Origin: Peptococcaceae bacterium
GTDB lineage: Bacteria > Bacillota > UBA994
Length of the DNA: 64,000 nt
Direction: 5' to 3'
NCBI GenBank assembly: GCA_018334055.1
Contig: JAGXSS010000107.1
Coordinates: 42,211 to 106,210 of the forward strand
Position 1 is the first letter of the stretch. Every line of letters starts with the position of its first letter. Positions 63,546-64,000 of the stretch are shown piece by piece. The position numbers were made by a program, and so were the translations under genes. Below the pieces are notes generated by a model. It ran no database searches. It worked only from the letters and a program-made list of their open reading frames with translations, and was not told the origin of the DNA.

Positions 63546-64000
63546 TGCCGGTCAACCCTCTGATATTTCGTGAATACGACATCCGCGGCAACGCCGAGAA
63601 CGATCTCAACCCGGATGCGCTCACGCTACTGATTCGTGGCGTGTTCCGCTACTTCGAGCTTCATAACCAGCGCGAGTTTTTGCTTGGGCAGGACTGTCGC
63701 CTAAGTTCCCCCCGCATCAGCCAAACCATTTTAGCCCTAGCCAAAGAACATGGTCTGGCGGTCACCAATCTCGGACTAGTGACTTCCCCCGCTTTCTACT
63801 TTGCCGCTAAACATCTCGGGCTCAGCGCCGGGCTCATGGTCACCGCCAGTCACAATCCCCCGCCCGACAATGGCTTAAAGATCCTTCTCGGCAGCAGTAC
63901 CATCTATGGCAGTGAAATTCAAAAAATCCGCTTCCTTTGCGAGACACCACACCTTGATGAAGTCGCAGCAACCAGCTCGGAGCAACTTCTGCCGGCGGTC
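63546..64000 (+). CDS. Phosphoglucomutase/phosphomannomutase (alpha-D-phosphohexomutase) family, N-terminal fragment continuing past the window end
   Basis: The plus-strand ATG at 63546 is preceded by AAAGGGG. The translation contains the active-site motif TASHNPPPDNG. There is no stop within the window. Confidence 0.7.

Noticed and set aside
1-64000. CRISPR arrays, insertion sequences, prophage or defence-system genes
   Set aside because: I saw no regularly spaced direct repeats and no transposases, restriction enzymes, Cas proteins, toxin-antitoxin pairs or phage structural genes. The window is dense in core and sporulation genes.

Overview
This 64 kb window is a conserved core-chromosome region of an endospore-forming Firmicute of Clostridia type. 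GC looks above 50% by eye; I did not compute it. About 75 genes are present and essentially all lie on the minus strand (205..63390), with only the truncated gene at the right edge on the plus strand. The gene order follows the Bacillus subtilis blocks: spoIVA-gpsA-der, cmk-plsC-rpsA, rluB/dapB, dacB-spmA-spmB, ytfI-ytfJ, scpA-scpB, spoVAC-AD-AE, spoIIAA-AB-sigF preceded by dacF, pdp-deoB-xerD, ddl/spoIIM, spo0A-spoIVB-recN, dxs-ispA-xseAB-folD-nusB, asp23-amaP, and spoIIIAA-AH. Clostridial-type differences are an IspH-S1 fusion, the absence of spoVAA/AB, accBC, argR and fur at their B. subtilis positions, and a buk2-ptb-buk1-ATPase-2-oxoacid:ferredoxin oxidoreductase (porDABG-type) cluster next to spo0A. 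There is one tRNA-Pro(GGG). Ten rho-independent terminators (hairpin followed by a T-run on the minus strand) separate the operon blocks. I saw no CRISPR array, mobile element, prophage or recognisable defence island. Items worth a second look are an in-frame AroH chorismate mutase-Cmk fusion, an 873-aa DHH-DHHA1-CBS-poly(A) polymerase/CCA-family protein, a TsaD/Kae1 paralogue between folD and nusB, a SIMIBI-type P-loop ATPase inside the buk/oxidoreductase cluster, a tandem pair of divergent Cys-motif paralogues after spoIIP, a dodecin gene between the spoIIA and spoVA operons, and a homopolymer tract at the ytfI/ytfJ overlap. Start coordinates were refined by hand where the ORF track gave N-terminal over-extensions. 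My hand reading of the raw bases can be off by one nucleotide locally, so terminator and promoter coordinates carry about 2 nt of uncertainty.
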